A stretch of 64,000 nt of DNA from the NCBI GenBank assembly GCA_036679605.1, contig JAZDCZ010000386.1, positions 123,359-187,358 of the forward strand. Reading direction: 5' to 3'. The notes under the pieces are model-generated. The model worked only from the letters and a program-made list of their open reading frames with translations. It ran no database searches and was not told the origin of the DNA. Below, piece after piece: positions 23,001-33,165 of this stretch (position 1 is the stretch's first letter; each line of letters opens with the position of its first letter). Source of the DNA: Gemmatimonadota bacterium (GTDB lineage: Bacteria > Gemmatimonadota > Gemmatimonadetes > Gemmatimonadales > GWC2-71-9). Position numbers and translations under genes: made by a program.

Positions 23001-23540
23001 CGCTTCAGCCTAACTGGACCGACGATCACCAACGTCTTGGCCATGCTGACGGGCGGAAACACCAAGCCCGAACCGGAAGAGGAGTTCGATGACGAAGACG
23101 ACTTGCTGCAGCCTCAGGGCACGGCGACTGGTCCTCCGCGTGGACTCGATCCGGCCATCGACCGACTCGGTGCGCGCCGTCTGCCCGGGCGCGGTTTTCG
23201 TGCCGGCATCACCTACGACGACAAACGCAGGCGTCCGCGTCGTACTTCGGATTCGACTGTCATCGAGACACCGGCTGAGCGCACTGTTGGGTTGCAGGTT
23301 GGTTTCTCTCCCACCGCAGCTTGGTCGGTATCGTGGAACACGCAGTACAACGCAACGACAAAGGACTTCGGACAGCACATAGTTAGGATGGACCGCGAGA
23401 TGCATCGATGGCGGGCGACCTTCTCATTTGTGAAGGCCCCCAACGGCAACTTTGCCTTTAACTTTTTCATCACTCTCACCGACCAGCCGGAACTGAAGTT
23501 CCAGTACGATCAACGCACTGTCAGGCAGGGACGGCGCTAG
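20025..23540 (+). CDS. tatC-lptD: TatC fused in frame to an LptD-like LPS-assembly protein
   Basis: Residues ~1-243 are TatC (MPFLDHLEELR, FELP, LTPPD, LYEVGI). A signal-like segment follows, then LptD-like motifs (TSCDLPTPHYHF, VLYVRDVPVLWLPF, RRSGILVP, HRWRATFSF). Confidence 0.8.
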   Translation: MTRKHHKGEMPFLDHLEELRWHILWSLAALVVGSAIGFYTVQHFDVLALLKAPIAPFLPEGKLFVTRPTEAFFITLKLALLVGVVLAAPIIAWRAWSFLSPAMYEHEKKHVTPALIAGIGLFLAGALMAYLWVLPAALKIFFSFQREDLEFIITANEYFSLATQIILAFGIMFELPVLMVFLATIGLVGPSAFAKNRPFALVVAAVLAAMLTPPDVVSMLMLMAPIVLLYEVGIMISRVVWKKRVNNTIAGAVLILCLLGGATSVSAQGGQPPPPPQGQAGVLQDTVPQPIDTAAARLLGLPTQPSRSFPSADSLLTALAALTGYGVTRYAADNLSLLTQTSAITLNGRALVEREGSLLEADSVLFLQSECRMLATGDPKLFDRETILVGEGMSYDTCLRRGIIAKGFTRFNQQGVDWFLKGELAVDSASTRMYSYESDVTSCDLPTPHYHFAAHNVKWVSNNLMVARPAVLYVRDVPVLWLPFMFQDMRIGRRSGILVPRFGINDLVRPSSGYKRHITNTGYYFAINDYMDFQTSIDWFSENFVALNGQFRYRWLNQFVTGNLALSRIFESGVDGVGGAKSMRLQWTHQQSFDQRTRLNASVDYATSARVVERNSVDPLLQTATLGSRINFNKQYDWGTVTVGGSRTQDLSNNTVSQTLPNLSISPVPINLSENITWSPSFSLTRVQRLSQRPGIPLLSAPIGGVESVDSLFPDQRTLSVRVNTPLRVGRWNLQNDFSFSDFTTDRPPPPLTIIDPDDSSQVTTRFFGEDFNSSLDWNTGINLPILLSSTWKLQPTLGIQNKTSGPFMIRNRFSGGNWVSQGKRLSFGASISPTLFGFLPGVAGLSRIRHAVSPRVSWNLRPSATVPEDFARALAGPSATLQLKSPTVHTVSFGLSQTFEGKLKPPPDDTTSDIRNLPKVKVLRIQTSSIQYDFEQAKKPGRNGWRTQSLRNSLTSDLLRGFTLSASHDLWDGPVGFDSSSFSPFLTSVSARFSLTGPTITNVLAMLTGGNTKPEPEEEFDDEDDLLQPQGTATGPPRGLDPAIDRLGARRLPGRGFRAGITYDDKRRRPRRTSDSTVIETPAERTVGLQVGFSPTAAWSVSWNTQYNATTKDFGQHIVRMDREMHRWRATFSFVKAPNGNFAFNFFITLTDQPELKFQYDQRTVRQGRR

Positions 23541-23686
23541 GCGATCCCTGTCCCAAATGCAGGACATTTATTTCCCAAGGCCTAGTGGGTAATTACTTGT
23601 AAAACAATAGGTTACGAGTTCATAGCTGGTTGGCACGCGATCTGCCTCCGTTAGCGACAGAACGGTCAGAGACTGGGAGGCTTGAG

Positions 23687-24583
23687 ATGCGACGAGTACT
23701 GCTCGTGCCATTGGTCGGGATTCTTGCAGCTGCCTGCGGCAATGATTCAGTCAACGACATTGTCGTAACTGAGTTGGAACCGCCGGCGTCACTAACCACT
23801 ACGAGTCTCAACGGCGCGATCCATTTGGCGTGGACCGACAATTCCTTTGCCAATGCGCCGGCCGACCTGTTTCTGCAGTACAGGGTGTACAGCACTGGTT
23901 TCGATATCGACATCGACGGCGGGCTGTGTGACCAGACCTGGGATCAGGAAGGATCAACCATCGCACCGGAGTTCTTGGTCGGCGCGCTGACCAACGGAGT
24001 TCCGCGGTGCTACGGCATAACCGCGGAGAGTCTGGATGGGGGAGAGAGCGATTTCTCGCCGATCTGGGGGGATACTCCACGGCCGGATGCTCGTAACGTC
24101 TTGATCTTTGCGATACAGAGCGGCCCCACACAGAGCGGGTTTCGCTTCTTCCAAGACGTGGACGGCAACGGGCAGGTGAGCGCATTGGAACTAGGTGCGG
24201 TAGCAGACGGAAACCGTACGGATATCGATTTTTGGGTCGACCGCGACTCGAACGGCGATTTTTTCATGGTTCCGGAGCGCGCAGGTACTGAACTCGCACT
24301 CTATGATCCAGACCCGATAGCGGACTTGACTTCGATCAACTTTGCCCCAGTGGGTGGCTACGGTCGCAACGCGATCCAAGCGCTGCCGCAGTTTGGTTAC
24401 GTGTTCCAGATGGATGAGGGCGATGGATTCCCGCGGTTTGGGGCAGTTCGGGTGACTCACGTCGGGGCCGACTACATGTTGTTCGACTGGAGCTACCAGA
24501 CGGACCCAGGCAACCCAGAGCTGTCAGTGCATGGGGGTGCCGGAATCGCCGGTGACGAAAGCTTGGTAGTGCCGAGCCGGTAA
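23687..24583 (+). CDS. Hypothetical lipoprotein
   Basis: MRRVLLVPLVGILAAAC lipobox after a GGAGG RBS; beta-rich body. Confidence 0.7.
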   Translation: MRRVLLVPLVGILAAACGNDSVNDIVVTELEPPASLTTTSLNGAIHLAWTDNSFANAPADLFLQYRVYSTGFDIDIDGGLCDQTWDQEGSTIAPEFLVGALTNGVPRCYGITAESLDGGESDFSPIWGDTPRPDARNVLIFAIQSGPTQSGFRFFQDVDGNGQVSALELGAVADGNRTDIDFWVDRDSNGDFFMVPERAGTELALYDPDPIADLTSINFAPVGGYGRNAIQALPQFGYVFQMDEGDGFPRFGAVRVTHVGADYMLFDWSYQTDPGNPELSVHGGAGIAGDESLVVPSR

Positions 24584-24672
24584 GGCGCGCCCGATTGGCG
24601 AACGGACTTCTGACACACTGGCACTGCGGCATTTTCTGACTCTCAGGGCCCAACCGCCCTATATTCTTGGGC

Positions 24673-26175
24673 ATGTCAAACGAGGTCATGATTGACGGGG
24701 AGTCGCTCTCCGTTGCAGACGTGGTAGCGGTTGCACGTGACCGCGCCCGAGTAACGATTTCCGACAAAGCGAAAACTGCGGCCGATCGCTCGCGCAACGC
24801 GGTCGAGAAGTTCATCGACGGCGGAGCGTCGCTGTACGGGGTCAATACCGGTTTCGGCAAACTGGCCGACACGAAGATCGCCAGTGACCAGTTAATCCAG
24901 TTGCAACGCAACCTGATTCGGAGTCACGTAGCCGGCGTGGGTTCGCCGCTACCTACCGAACTGGTCAGAGCCCTCATGCTGCTGCGTGCTAACGTCCTGC
25001 TGAAAGAAACCAGCGGTGTGCGCTCACTGCTTGCCGTGCGTTTGGCGGACCTGCTGAACGGTGGTATCCATCCGGTTGTGCCCGAGCAGGGTAGTGTCGG
25101 TGCGAGCGGCGACTTGGCTCCGCTGGCCCACGTGGCGCATGCGCTCATGGGCGAGGGTGAGGTAGACGTGGATGACGGGAGGCGGGTCCCGGCCTCGGAA
25201 GCCTTCACGGATGCGGGAATCGAGGCCGTCGAGTTCCAGGCCAAGGAGGGTCTCTCGTTCATCAACGGCACCCAGGCGCAATCGGGCATCCTTGCGCTCA
25301 TGGTGCACGACGCGCGGAACTTGTGGCGTACCGCGCACGGTGCGGCGGCGATGAGTCTCGAGGCATTGAGAGGTACACCGGTGCCGTTCGATGCACGGAT
25401 TCACCGCGTAAGACCCCACAAAGGCCAATCCGAGTCGGCCGAGATCATGCGCGAGTTGTTGGTGAACAGTGAGATCCGCGAGTCGCATAGAGAGAACGAT
25501 TCTCGCGTTCAGGATGCCTACAGCCTGCGCTGTACGCCGCAGATTCTGGGGCCGGTCAAGGACGCGATCGAGTTTGCGGCTGGTGTAATAGAGGTCGAAC
25601 TCAATGCCGCAACGGACAATCCTTTGGTCTTTGGTGACGAAATCTTGTCCGGCGGCAACTTCCACGGCCAACCGGTCGCTATGGCACTCGATTTCTTGGG
25701 AATCTCGCTCACTACTCTCGCGGGCCTATCCGAGCGACGTATTGACCGCATGCTGAATACCGAAACGTCGCACGGGCTTCCCGCATTTCTCACTCACGAT
25801 CCGGGTCTCCAGTCCGGGTTCATGATGGTACAAGTTACCGCTGCGGCCCTAGTGGCAGAATCACGGACTCTCTGCACTCCGGCGAGCGTCCAGTCGATTC
25901 CCACTGATGGTAATCAAGAGGATTATGTGCCGATGGGGATGGCTGCAGCGTTCAAGGCGCGCCGGATCTTGGCCAACGCCACTCGGGTGGTTGCTTGCGA
26001 ACTGCTGGCTGGGGCGCAAGGTCTCGAGTTCTTGAAGCCCCTGCGCCCCGGCGACGGTGTCCGTCGAGTCTACGGGCGGGTGAGAAAGTTGGTATCGGCG
26101 CTGGAAGAAGATCGTCCGTTCACTCCAGACATCGAGTGCATGAGCGAACTCATAGGGCGGGAGTCGCTGATATGA
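24673..26175 (+). CDS. hutH: Histidine ammonia-lyase
   Basis: [11 protein letters not shown] motif [29 protein letters not shown]. Confidence 0.96.
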   Translation: MSNEVMIDGESLSVADVVAVARDRARVTISDKAKTAADRSRNAVEKFIDGGASLYGVNTGFGKLADTKIASDQLIQLQRNLIRSHVAGVGSPLPTELVRALMLLRANVLLKETSGVRSLLAVRLADLLNGGIHPVVPEQGSVGASGDLAPLAHVAHALMGEGEVDVDDGRRVPASEAFTDAGIEAVEFQAKEGLSFINGTQAQSGILALMVHDARNLWRTAHGAAAMSLEALRGTPVPFDARIHRVRPHKGQSESAEIMRELLVNSEIRESHRENDSRVQDAYSLRCTPQILGPVKDAIEFAAGVIEVELNAATDNPLVFGDEILSGGNFHGQPVAMALDFLGISLTTLAGLSERRIDRMLNTETSHGLPAFLTHDPGLQSGFMMVQVTAAALVAESRTLCTPASVQSIPTDGNQEDYVPMGMAAAFKARRILANATRVVACELLAGAQGLEFLKPLRPGDGVRRVYGRVRKLVSALEEDRPFTPDIECMSELIGRESLI

Positions 26176-27839
26176 CTTTTACGGGCGCCCGGACGGTTCG
26201 AGCACCGCGAGGTTGCGACATTTCATGCCGTGGTTGGGTCCAGGAAGCGGCCCTCCGAATGTTGATGAACAATCTCGATCCGGAGGTCGCCGAACGCCCC
26301 GATGATCTGGTCGTTTATGGCGGAACCGGACGTGCGGCGCGCAGTTGGAAAGCCTTCGAGGCAATCTGTTCCAGCCTCAGGTCACTGGGCAACGATGAGA
26401 CCTTGCTGATCCAGTCCGGGAAGCCCGTGGGAGTGTTCACCACCCATGAGGACGCTCCGAGAGTTCTCATAGCCAACGCCAACCTGGTTGGTCGCTGGGC
26501 TACGTGGGAGAACTTCCGGGAGTTGGAACGCCAAGGGCTCATCATGTACGGCCAGATGACAGCCGGCAGCTGGATCTATATCGGAACACAGGGAATTCTC
26601 CAGGGGACCTACGAGACACTCGGGGCGCTGGCCGAACGGCACTTCGACGGGTCACTCAAGGGTAAGATCGTGCTTACCGGGGGGCTGGGTGGTATGGGTG
26701 GGGCCCAGCCGCTGGCGGCCACGATGAACGGCGCCGCGTTTCTCGGCATTGACGTCGACCCGTCACGCATCGAGCGACGAGTCGAGACGCGCTACATCGA
26801 CGCCATAACCGATTCGCTCGACGACGCCTGGCGCATGGTGACGGAAGCCCGCGATCGCGGCGAACCGCTATCCGTGGGACTGGTGGGCAACTGCGCCGAG
26901 CTACTGCCCGAAATCGAGAGCCGGGATTGGGTGCCGGACGTCCTTACCGATCAGACGTCGGCGCACGATCCGCTAAACGGATACGTACCGGCGGGACTGT
27001 CGCTGGACCAGGCGGCCCAACTGAGGACATCCGATCCCGATGAATACGTGGATCGCGCACGCGATTCCATTGCACGTCACGTTCGATCGATGTTGGCGCT
27101 CAAGAAACGCGGCGCGATCACATTCGACTACGGCAACAACATCCGGACTGAGGCATTCGATCGCGGGGTTTCGGATGCATTCGACATTCCCGGCTTCGTG
27201 CCCGAGTACATTCGTCCTCTGTTCTGTCGCGGACAAGGCCCGTTTCGGTGGGTCGCCTTGTCGGGAGACCCCCAGGATATCTACCGGAGCGACGAGCTGG
27301 TGCTGGAGTTGTTTCCCAATAACGATCACCTCGTTCGGTGGATGCGTCTCGCACGCGAAAAGGTCGCGTTTCAGGGACTGCCTGCAAGGATCTGCTGGCT
27401 GGGCCAGGGTGAGCGAGCACGCCTCGGACTCGCGATAAACGATCTGGTCAAGAGTGGTGAGATAACCGCACCCATAGTTATTGGAAGAGATCATCTGGAC
27501 ACCGGTTCGGTGGCCTCACCGTTCCGGGAGACGGAGGGGATGAAGGACGGGTCGGATGCCATCGCCGACTGGGCCATTCTAAATGCACTGCTCAACACCG
27601 CGTCCGGCGCATCATGGGTTTCATTCCATCACGGCGGTGGAGTCGGCATCGGCAACAGCCTTCACGCCGGGCAAGTGATCGTTGCCGATGGGACCGAGGC
27701 CGCCGCCCGCAGACTCAACCGCGTACTCACCAATGATCCTGGCATCGGCGTCGCACGGCACGCGGACGCCGGCTATTCCGAAGCGATCGAGGCAGCTCAA
27801 CGACACGGGATTTCGATTCCGATGCGGGAGATTGAGTGA
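26172..27839 (+). CDS. hutU: Urocanate hydratase
   Basis: [39 protein letters not shown]. Confidence 0.97.
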   Translation: MTFTGARTVRAPRGCDISCRGWVQEAALRMLMNNLDPEVAERPDDLVVYGGTGRAARSWKAFEAICSSLRSLGNDETLLIQSGKPVGVFTTHEDAPRVLIANANLVGRWATWENFRELERQGLIMYGQMTAGSWIYIGTQGILQGTYETLGALAERHFDGSLKGKIVLTGGLGGMGGAQPLAATMNGAAFLGIDVDPSRIERRVETRYIDAITDSLDDAWRMVTEARDRGEPLSVGLVGNCAELLPEIESRDWVPDVLTDQTSAHDPLNGYVPAGLSLDQAAQLRTSDPDEYVDRARDSIARHVRSMLALKKRGAITFDYGNNIRTEAFDRGVSDAFDIPGFVPEYIRPLFCRGQGPFRWVALSGDPQDIYRSDELVLELFPNNDHLVRWMRLAREKVAFQGLPARICWLGQGERARLGLAINDLVKSGEITAPIVIGRDHLDTGSVASPFRETEGMKDGSDAIADWAILNALLNTASGASWVSFHHGGGVGIGNSLHAGQVIVADGTEAAARRLNRVLTNDPGIGVARHADAGYSEAIEAAQRHGISIPMREIE

Positions 27840-29101
27840 GCGTTCTCCTTGAGGGGGCGAGCCAGGTGGTCACGTGCCGCGGACCGGCGCGGGCTCGGCG
27901 CGGAAACGAGATGGCCCAACTCGACGTCATCGATCGGGGCGTGGTTGTTCTGGATGGTGACCGTATCGCTGCTGTTGGGACCTATCAGGATCTAAGACGC
28001 GAGCATCCCGATGCGGAAGTCCTCGAAGTCGAGGGAGTTCTTTTTCCCGGTTTTGTGGACTGTCACACCCACTCCGTTTTCGGAGCGGCCCGACTGGAAG
28101 ACCACGAGCGGCGCGCACGAGGAATCGGGTACAAGGACATAGCCGCGGCCGGTGGTGGAATACTAGCGTCGGTGCGCGACGTTAGATCTCGAACGGTAGA
28201 GCAGTTGGCCCAACTGCTCGGAACGCGCCTGGATCGGCTGGTGGCTTGTGGTACCACGACGGTTGAGGTGAAAAGCGGCTATGGCCTCACGTTGGAGTCG
28301 GAACTCGCCCAACTCGAGGCTATCAAACGCGTGTCCCTCAACTCCGGTCCGTCTCTGATAGCTACGTTTCTGGGAGCACACGAAGTACCTCCCGAATTCC
28401 GCGGTCACACCGACGAATATGTTGAAGCGGTGGTAAGCGAGATGCTGCCGGCGGTGGAGCGGCAGGGCGTGGCGCGGTTTTGTGATGTATTCTGTGAGCC
28501 TGGCGTATTTACTGTCGCACAATCTCGCCAAGTGTTGAGTGCGGCTCGCAGCCATGGACTCGGCCTCAAGCTCCACGCTGATGAGTTGGACGGGTCTGGT
28601 GGCGCCGAGTTGGCCGTTGAACTCGCTGCGGTTAGTGCCGACCATCTGGCTGCCATATCCGACGCAGGTATCGCGGGGCTCGGAGCGTCGGATACGGTCG
28701 CGGCGCTGCTTCCTGGTACCATGCTGTTCCTTGGCAGTCGCAGGCAGGCGCCCGCCCGGCGATTGATTGAAGGGGGAGCCTCAGTTGCCTTGGCGACCGA
28801 CTTCAATCCGGGAAGCTCTCCCGGAGTGAGCCTCCCGCTGATGGCTACGCTCGGCGTGTCTCAGCTGGGTATGATCCCTGCTGAATCCGTGATAGCCATT
28901 ACAGTGAACGGAGCCGCCGCGGTGGGAACCGCCGATTCTCGCGGGCAGATTGCGCCGGGAATGAGGGCAGATCTGGCGTTAGCCAGCGTGCGAGACTGGC
29001 GAGAGCTACCTTATTGGTACGGTGTCAACTTGATCAGTGAAGTGTGGATTGGAGGAGTGGCTTGTCACCCGCTGGAGTGCCCCATAGTTTCGTTAGGCTA
29101 G
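27836..29101 (+). CDS. hutI: Imidazolonepropionase
   Basis: [30 protein letters not shown]. Confidence 0.95.
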   Translation: MSVLLEGASQVVTCRGPARARRGNEMAQLDVIDRGVVVLDGDRIAAVGTYQDLRREHPDAEVLEVEGVLFPGFVDCHTHSVFGAARLEDHERRARGIGYKDIAAAGGGILASVRDVRSRTVEQLAQLLGTRLDRLVACGTTTVEVKSGYGLTLESELAQLEAIKRVSLNSGPSLIATFLGAHEVPPEFRGHTDEYVEAVVSEMLPAVERQGVARFCDVFCEPGVFTVAQSRQVLSAARSHGLGLKLHADELDGSGGAELAVELAAVSADHLAAISDAGIAGLGASDTVAALLPGTMLFLGSRRQAPARRLIEGGASVALATDFNPGSSPGVSLPLMATLGVSQLGMIPAESVIAITVNGAAAVGTADSRGQIAPGMRADLALASVRDWRELPYWYGVNLISEVWIGGVACHPLECPIVSLG

Positions 29102-29141
29102 GGCCGGTTCATACCAAATTTCGTAGCGTCCGAGGTTTATC

Positions 29142-31601
29142 CTGAATATCGATAAGGCAAAAGAAAAAGCCCGCAAACTCGAACTCAAAGGTCAGACCGA
29201 CAAGGCCATAGACCTTTACGCCAAGATCCTCCAAGAGTTAGAGGGCACTCCGGAGTTATCCAGCGAGCTCGGGCTCTACAACAAGCTTGGCGACCTTTAC
29301 GTTAAGGCGGGTGAGGTTCAAGCTGGCGTTGAGCGGTATGAGGCCGCAGTAGGATACTACGCCGACCAGGGCTTACCCAACAACGCAATTGCCTTGTGCA
29401 ACAAAGTGCTGCGCAATGCTCCGGGCAGGACTCACATGTATCTCAAGCTTGCAAAGTTGATGATGCAGCGCGGTTTCATAGCTGAGGCGAAGCAGAATCT
29501 GCTCGAGTATGCCGAGCGGATGCAAAAGGACGGACAGGTGGAGGAGGCGTTTCGGGCACTAAAAGAATTTGCCGATCTGTCACCCGCAAGCGAAGAGATC
29601 CGCCTCATGCTGGCCGAGCAGCTCAAGAATGCCGCTCGCACAGACGAGGCGAGAGAGCAACTCGCCAAGCTCTACCACGAAATCGAGTCGAGCAAGGACT
29701 CTCCTCGGAAGCGCTCGACCGTCGAGCGCATGAGGGCCATAGACCCAGAGTACGACCTCGACAGCGCCCCAGCGCCAAAGCGGAAGGGGAAAAAGCAGGA
29801 GAAGACTTCGGACATCGTCTTTCTCGACTTGAACGAAGAAGCTTCGGTGGTTTCGGGAGAAGTGTCTGAGCCCGTTGACGTGGAGCCGGAGCCGTTGGAC
29901 ATAGAACGCACGGCGCTGGACGAGGGTGACGAGGTCTTGGAGGTCGCCGATCCGCCGACCGATCTGCATGTGGAGCGTGCTTCGGTGGAGATCACTGCGA
30001 GCGACATCAACGCGGCGATGACGGATGCGGAAGACGTAGATGGCCTCGAAATGGAGGAACCATTTGAGGCACCGGACATGTCGACGGGAAGTGGCTTGGA
30101 GGTCGAAAGTACGGCCTTGGTGGACTCGATCGAGACTCCCGAGGTGGAGGCACTGGAAACGGAAGCGATGGTTGCCGGAGGTGATGAGCAGCTGGCAGAC
30201 GATATCGCGGAGTTACCAGATCTCGAGGGGGTAGCTGACACCGAGGATGAGCCCCCCGAAGGCGGCGATCTCCCATTGCTGGAAATTCCGGAGAGCGCAG
30301 AGGCGCCAGCAGGTGAGACCATCGATTTCTCCGAAGACATCGACTTGGGCGACATCGATGACGATGCGGGAATCGAGGTGCCTGAGCTGGATATGGACTT
30401 TGGCGTGGCCGACCTGCCCCTGCTGGATTCGGACGAAGCCCCGGAGGTGGAGCCAGAACCAGTAGCTGCAACGGATGACGCACTGATTCTCGCGGACACC
30501 GAATTTGGTCCGGCGCCGGAAACGGGCCCGCCGGATATCGATGCCCTCGAGTCCAGTGTGTTGGACGATCCCGACGCGCCCGGACCTCACCGCGATCTGG
30601 CCGAAGCGCTGATCGAGTTGGGCGAGCGCGACCGCGGGCTCCAGGAATTGGACATAGCCCTCGCGCAGTACCAGGAATCGGGCGACCGGGCCTCTGCGGA
30701 CTCGATCAACGAGGAGATACTCAGGCTCGAACCCAACAGCATCGCACACCATCGTAGGAGGGTGGAGTATGTGGTCGGCGGTGGTGACGCCTCGAAAGTG
30801 ATCAGCGCCCACGTAGAACTCGCCGACGCGCTGGTGCGGTCGGGAATGCTCGACGATGCGCTGAAGGTCTATGAGGCTATTCTCGAGCAGGATGCAGAGA
30901 ACGAACGTGCCAAAGCCGCCATAGATACGCTCAAGCCGTTTGAGGAGATCGAAGTTCCCGCAGATGTTGTCAGCACGGACGATCGGCCGGAGGTCGCGGA
31001 GGCGGAAGTCGCGGAGGTTGAGGAGGTTGAGGAGGTTGAACCGGCTGTCGAAGAGCCGGTCGCTGACGCAAGCGGTTTCGTTGATCTGGGTGCCTTGATC
31101 CTCGAGGACGAGGGCGTCAAAGATACGCGCATGCGCATCGATCACGCCGTGTCAGATCCTAATGAGCAGCAAGACTTCCAGGATATGCTCTCGGAGTTCA
31201 AGAAGGGCATCGATGCGAACGTGGAACTCGACGACTCGCAGGCTCATTATGATTTGGGAGTGGCTTTCAAGGAGATGGGCTTGCTGGATGAAGCGATATC
31301 TGAGTTCCAGAAGGCGCTGCGTGGTGCAGACGGGCGCCTCAGGACATCAGAGGCTCTAGGAATGTGTTTTCACGAAAAAGGCCAGTTCGCCGTGGCGGTC
31401 ACGGTGCTCAGACGTGCCATAGAGGCGGAGCCCGGAGCCGATGATGAGAAAATCGGATTGCTCTATTGGCTGGCCCGAAGCGAGGAGGAACAAGGTCATG
31501 CAGAGCCGGCCCTGTCATATTATCAGCGGGTCTTCTCCATAGACATTGCGTTCCAGGACGTAAACGAGCGCGTCAAGGCTCTGACCGAGGCGGGCAGCTA
31601 G
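29142..31601 (+). CDS. TPR protein with a long acidic linker; probable CTG start
   Basis: The frame is open from an in-frame TAG at 29124-29126. GAGG RBS precedes CTG at 29142. TPRs at both ends (HYDLGVAFKEMGLLDEAISEFQKAL). Confidence 0.75.
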   Translation: MNIDKAKEKARKLELKGQTDKAIDLYAKILQELEGTPELSSELGLYNKLGDLYVKAGEVQAGVERYEAAVGYYADQGLPNNAIALCNKVLRNAPGRTHMYLKLAKLMMQRGFIAEAKQNLLEYAERMQKDGQVEEAFRALKEFADLSPASEEIRLMLAEQLKNAARTDEAREQLAKLYHEIESSKDSPRKRSTVERMRAIDPEYDLDSAPAPKRKGKKQEKTSDIVFLDLNEEASVVSGEVSEPVDVEPEPLDIERTALDEGDEVLEVADPPTDLHVERASVEITASDINAAMTDAEDVDGLEMEEPFEAPDMSTGSGLEVESTALVDSIETPEVEALETEAMVAGGDEQLADDIAELPDLEGVADTEDEPPEGGDLPLLEIPESAEAPAGETIDFSEDIDLGDIDDDAGIEVPELDMDFGVADLPLLDSDEAPEVEPEPVAATDDALILADTEFGPAPETGPPDIDALESSVLDDPDAPGPHRDLAEALIELGERDRGLQELDIALAQYQESGDRASADSINEEILRLEPNSIAHHRRRVEYVVGGGDASKVISAHVELADALVRSGMLDDALKVYEAILEQDAENERAKAAIDTLKPFEEIEVPADVVSTDDRPEVAEAEVAEVEEVEEVEPAVEEPVADASGFVDLGALILEDEGVKDTRMRIDHAVSDPNEQQDFQDMLSEFKKGIDANVELDDSQAHYDLGVAFKEMGLLDEAISEFQKALRGADGRLRTSEALGMCFHEKGQFAVAVTVLRRAIEAEPGADDEKIGLLYWLARSEEEQGHAEPALSYYQRVFSIDIAFQDVNERVKALTEAGS

Positions 31602-31605
31602 CTGA

Positions 31606-32604
31606 ATGGGAACTCCGCTTACTGCGGTTCAGCGCCTCAGCTTGGCGGCTATTCTAGAGCCGGTGCAGAGCGAACTCGATGATGTATTCGAGGAACTCCG
31701 GCGGATAGTGAAGTCAGATCTTGACCTGATCGATGGTGTCAACCACTACCTGCTCAAGATCAAGGGTAAGATGTTTCGGCCGGCCCTGGTTCTGCTAGCG
31801 GCGAAGAGCGTGGGAACGGTCTCCAGGCGTGAGATCACCCTTGCAGCGGTCGTAGAGCTGATCCACCTAGCCACCCTGATCCATGACGATTCAGTCGACC
31901 ATTCGGTCCTGAGGCGCGGTCAGCCGACCGTTAACTCGCACTTCAGCCATGAGATCGCGGTGATTATGGGAGATTACCTCTATTCCCGCGCAATCGAAGT
32001 ATTGGTGCGATTGGACTCACTTGAGCCCCTGCGCATCATGAGTCGCGTCACCAATGAACTCACTGTGGGAGAGATGCGCGAGGTCGTAGCGCAGAAGTCG
32101 CTCAGTTTCTCAGAGACCGATTATGAGGCTCTAATCAAGGCCAAGACGGCATCTCTCATGGCCGGGGCGTGTGAGGTAGGATCGTTGGTGGGAGATCCCA
32201 CCTACAGACAGCCGCTCAAACGCTATGGCCTTCACCTGGGAATGGCGTTTCAGATCGTCGACGACGTGCTCGACTACGCCGAGAGTGAAGTTGTAACAGG
32301 CAAACCCAATTGGCAGGATCTACGGGAGCACAAGATCACACTGCCACTAATCGTAGCGCTTCCGCTAATGAGCGCCTCGGAGCGGAGCCAGGTGGAGGAG
32401 CTGATGGCCGATCCCGACCCATCGGACGAAATAATTGGATCTGTCGTCAGTGTGGTCGATGGACATGGCGGAATTGAGCTAAGTCGGGAGCGTGCGCGGC
32501 AACTGGTCCGGAGGGCCGAAGCGGAACTTGCCGTCCTGCCGGCGGGGTGCGCCCGCGACGCGCTACTCGAATGCGTGATCTATTCGGTGGAGAGGAGACA
32601 CTAG
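31606..32604 (+). CDS. Polyprenyl diphosphate synthase
   Basis: GKMFRP, LIHDDSVD..RRG, FQIVDDVLD. Confidence 0.92.
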   Translation: MGTPLTAVQRLSLAAILEPVQSELDDVFEELRRIVKSDLDLIDGVNHYLLKIKGKMFRPALVLLAAKSVGTVSRREITLAAVVELIHLATLIHDDSVDHSVLRRGQPTVNSHFSHEIAVIMGDYLYSRAIEVLVRLDSLEPLRIMSRVTNELTVGEMREVVAQKSLSFSETDYEALIKAKTASLMAGACEVGSLVGDPTYRQPLKRYGLHLGMAFQIVDDVLDYAESEVVTGKPNWQDLREHKITLPLIVALPLMSASERSQVEELMADPDPSDEIIGSVVSVVDGHGGIELSRERARQLVRRAEAELAVLPAGCARDALLECVIYSVERRH

Positions 32605-32607
32605 ACA

Positions 32608-32880
32608 GTGGCGTTGGGACCCCGTAAGCCGTTATTTTACATGGGCGTCCTGTCTCTCGGGTTTGTCTTCGGCGGCTTCCTGTCGGCATTGCTCGACTGG
32701 TTTCTGCCGGAGAGCCCTGCGAAGCAGTTTTTTACCTGGACGGTGACGCCGTCGATCGGCCCGCTGCATGCAGATTTCTTGATCTTCAGTGCGACGGTAG
32801 GGCCGGTCGCGTTGCGCGTGTCGCTATTGGGCCTGGTCGGAATAGTCCTGGCCTACATGCTGGCGCGGTCTCTTTTCTAG
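32608..32880 (+). CDS. Small membrane protein (DUF4321-like)
   Basis: 90 aa, two hydrophobic segments, packed in an operon. Confidence 0.55.
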   Translation: MALGPRKPLFYMGVLSLGFVFGGFLSALLDWFLPESPAKQFFTWTVTPSIGPLHADFLIFSATVGPVALRVSLLGLVGIVLAYMLARSLF

Positions 32881-32890
32881 CGAGGCTGTT

Positions 32891-33130
32891 ATGCTGCCAA
32901 ACATCGGAATACCAGAACTCTTAATTATTCTGGTCGTGGTGCTACTAGTCTTCGGCGCCAAACGGCTGCCCGAGATGGGGTCGGCCATGGGGAAGGGCAT
33001 CAGGGAGTTCAAGCGCGGCATCAAAGATGTGACGAAGAGCATCGATGAGAGTGTCGACGATATCCCAACTCCCCGGAACATCGACGCGTCGATGTCCTCC
33101 GATGGAGAACCCAAGAAACTGAGTGAATAA
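32891..33130 (+). CDS. tatA: Twin-arginine translocase TatA/TatE
   Basis: [33 protein letters not shown]. Confidence 0.93.
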   Translation: MLPNIGIPELLIILVVVLLVFGAKRLPEMGSAMGKGIREFKRGIKDVTKSIDESVDDIPTPRNIDASMSSDGEPKKLSE

Positions 33131-33131
33131 G

Positions 33132-33158
33132 CCGACGGGGTCTTGAAGCCCCCGTCGG
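33132..33158. terminator. Hairpin between convergent genes, probable bidirectional terminator
   Basis: ccgacgggg...ccccgtcgg between the tatA stop and the stop of the convergent gene. Confidence 0.6.
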
Positions 33159-33165
33159 ATTCCTG

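Noticed and set aside
30990..31040. gaggttgag tandem run, and the EPEPVA repeats at ~35640-35695
   Set aside because: The periods are multiples of 3 within acidic protein linkers, so these are ordinary coding low complexity and not part of the 7-nt family.
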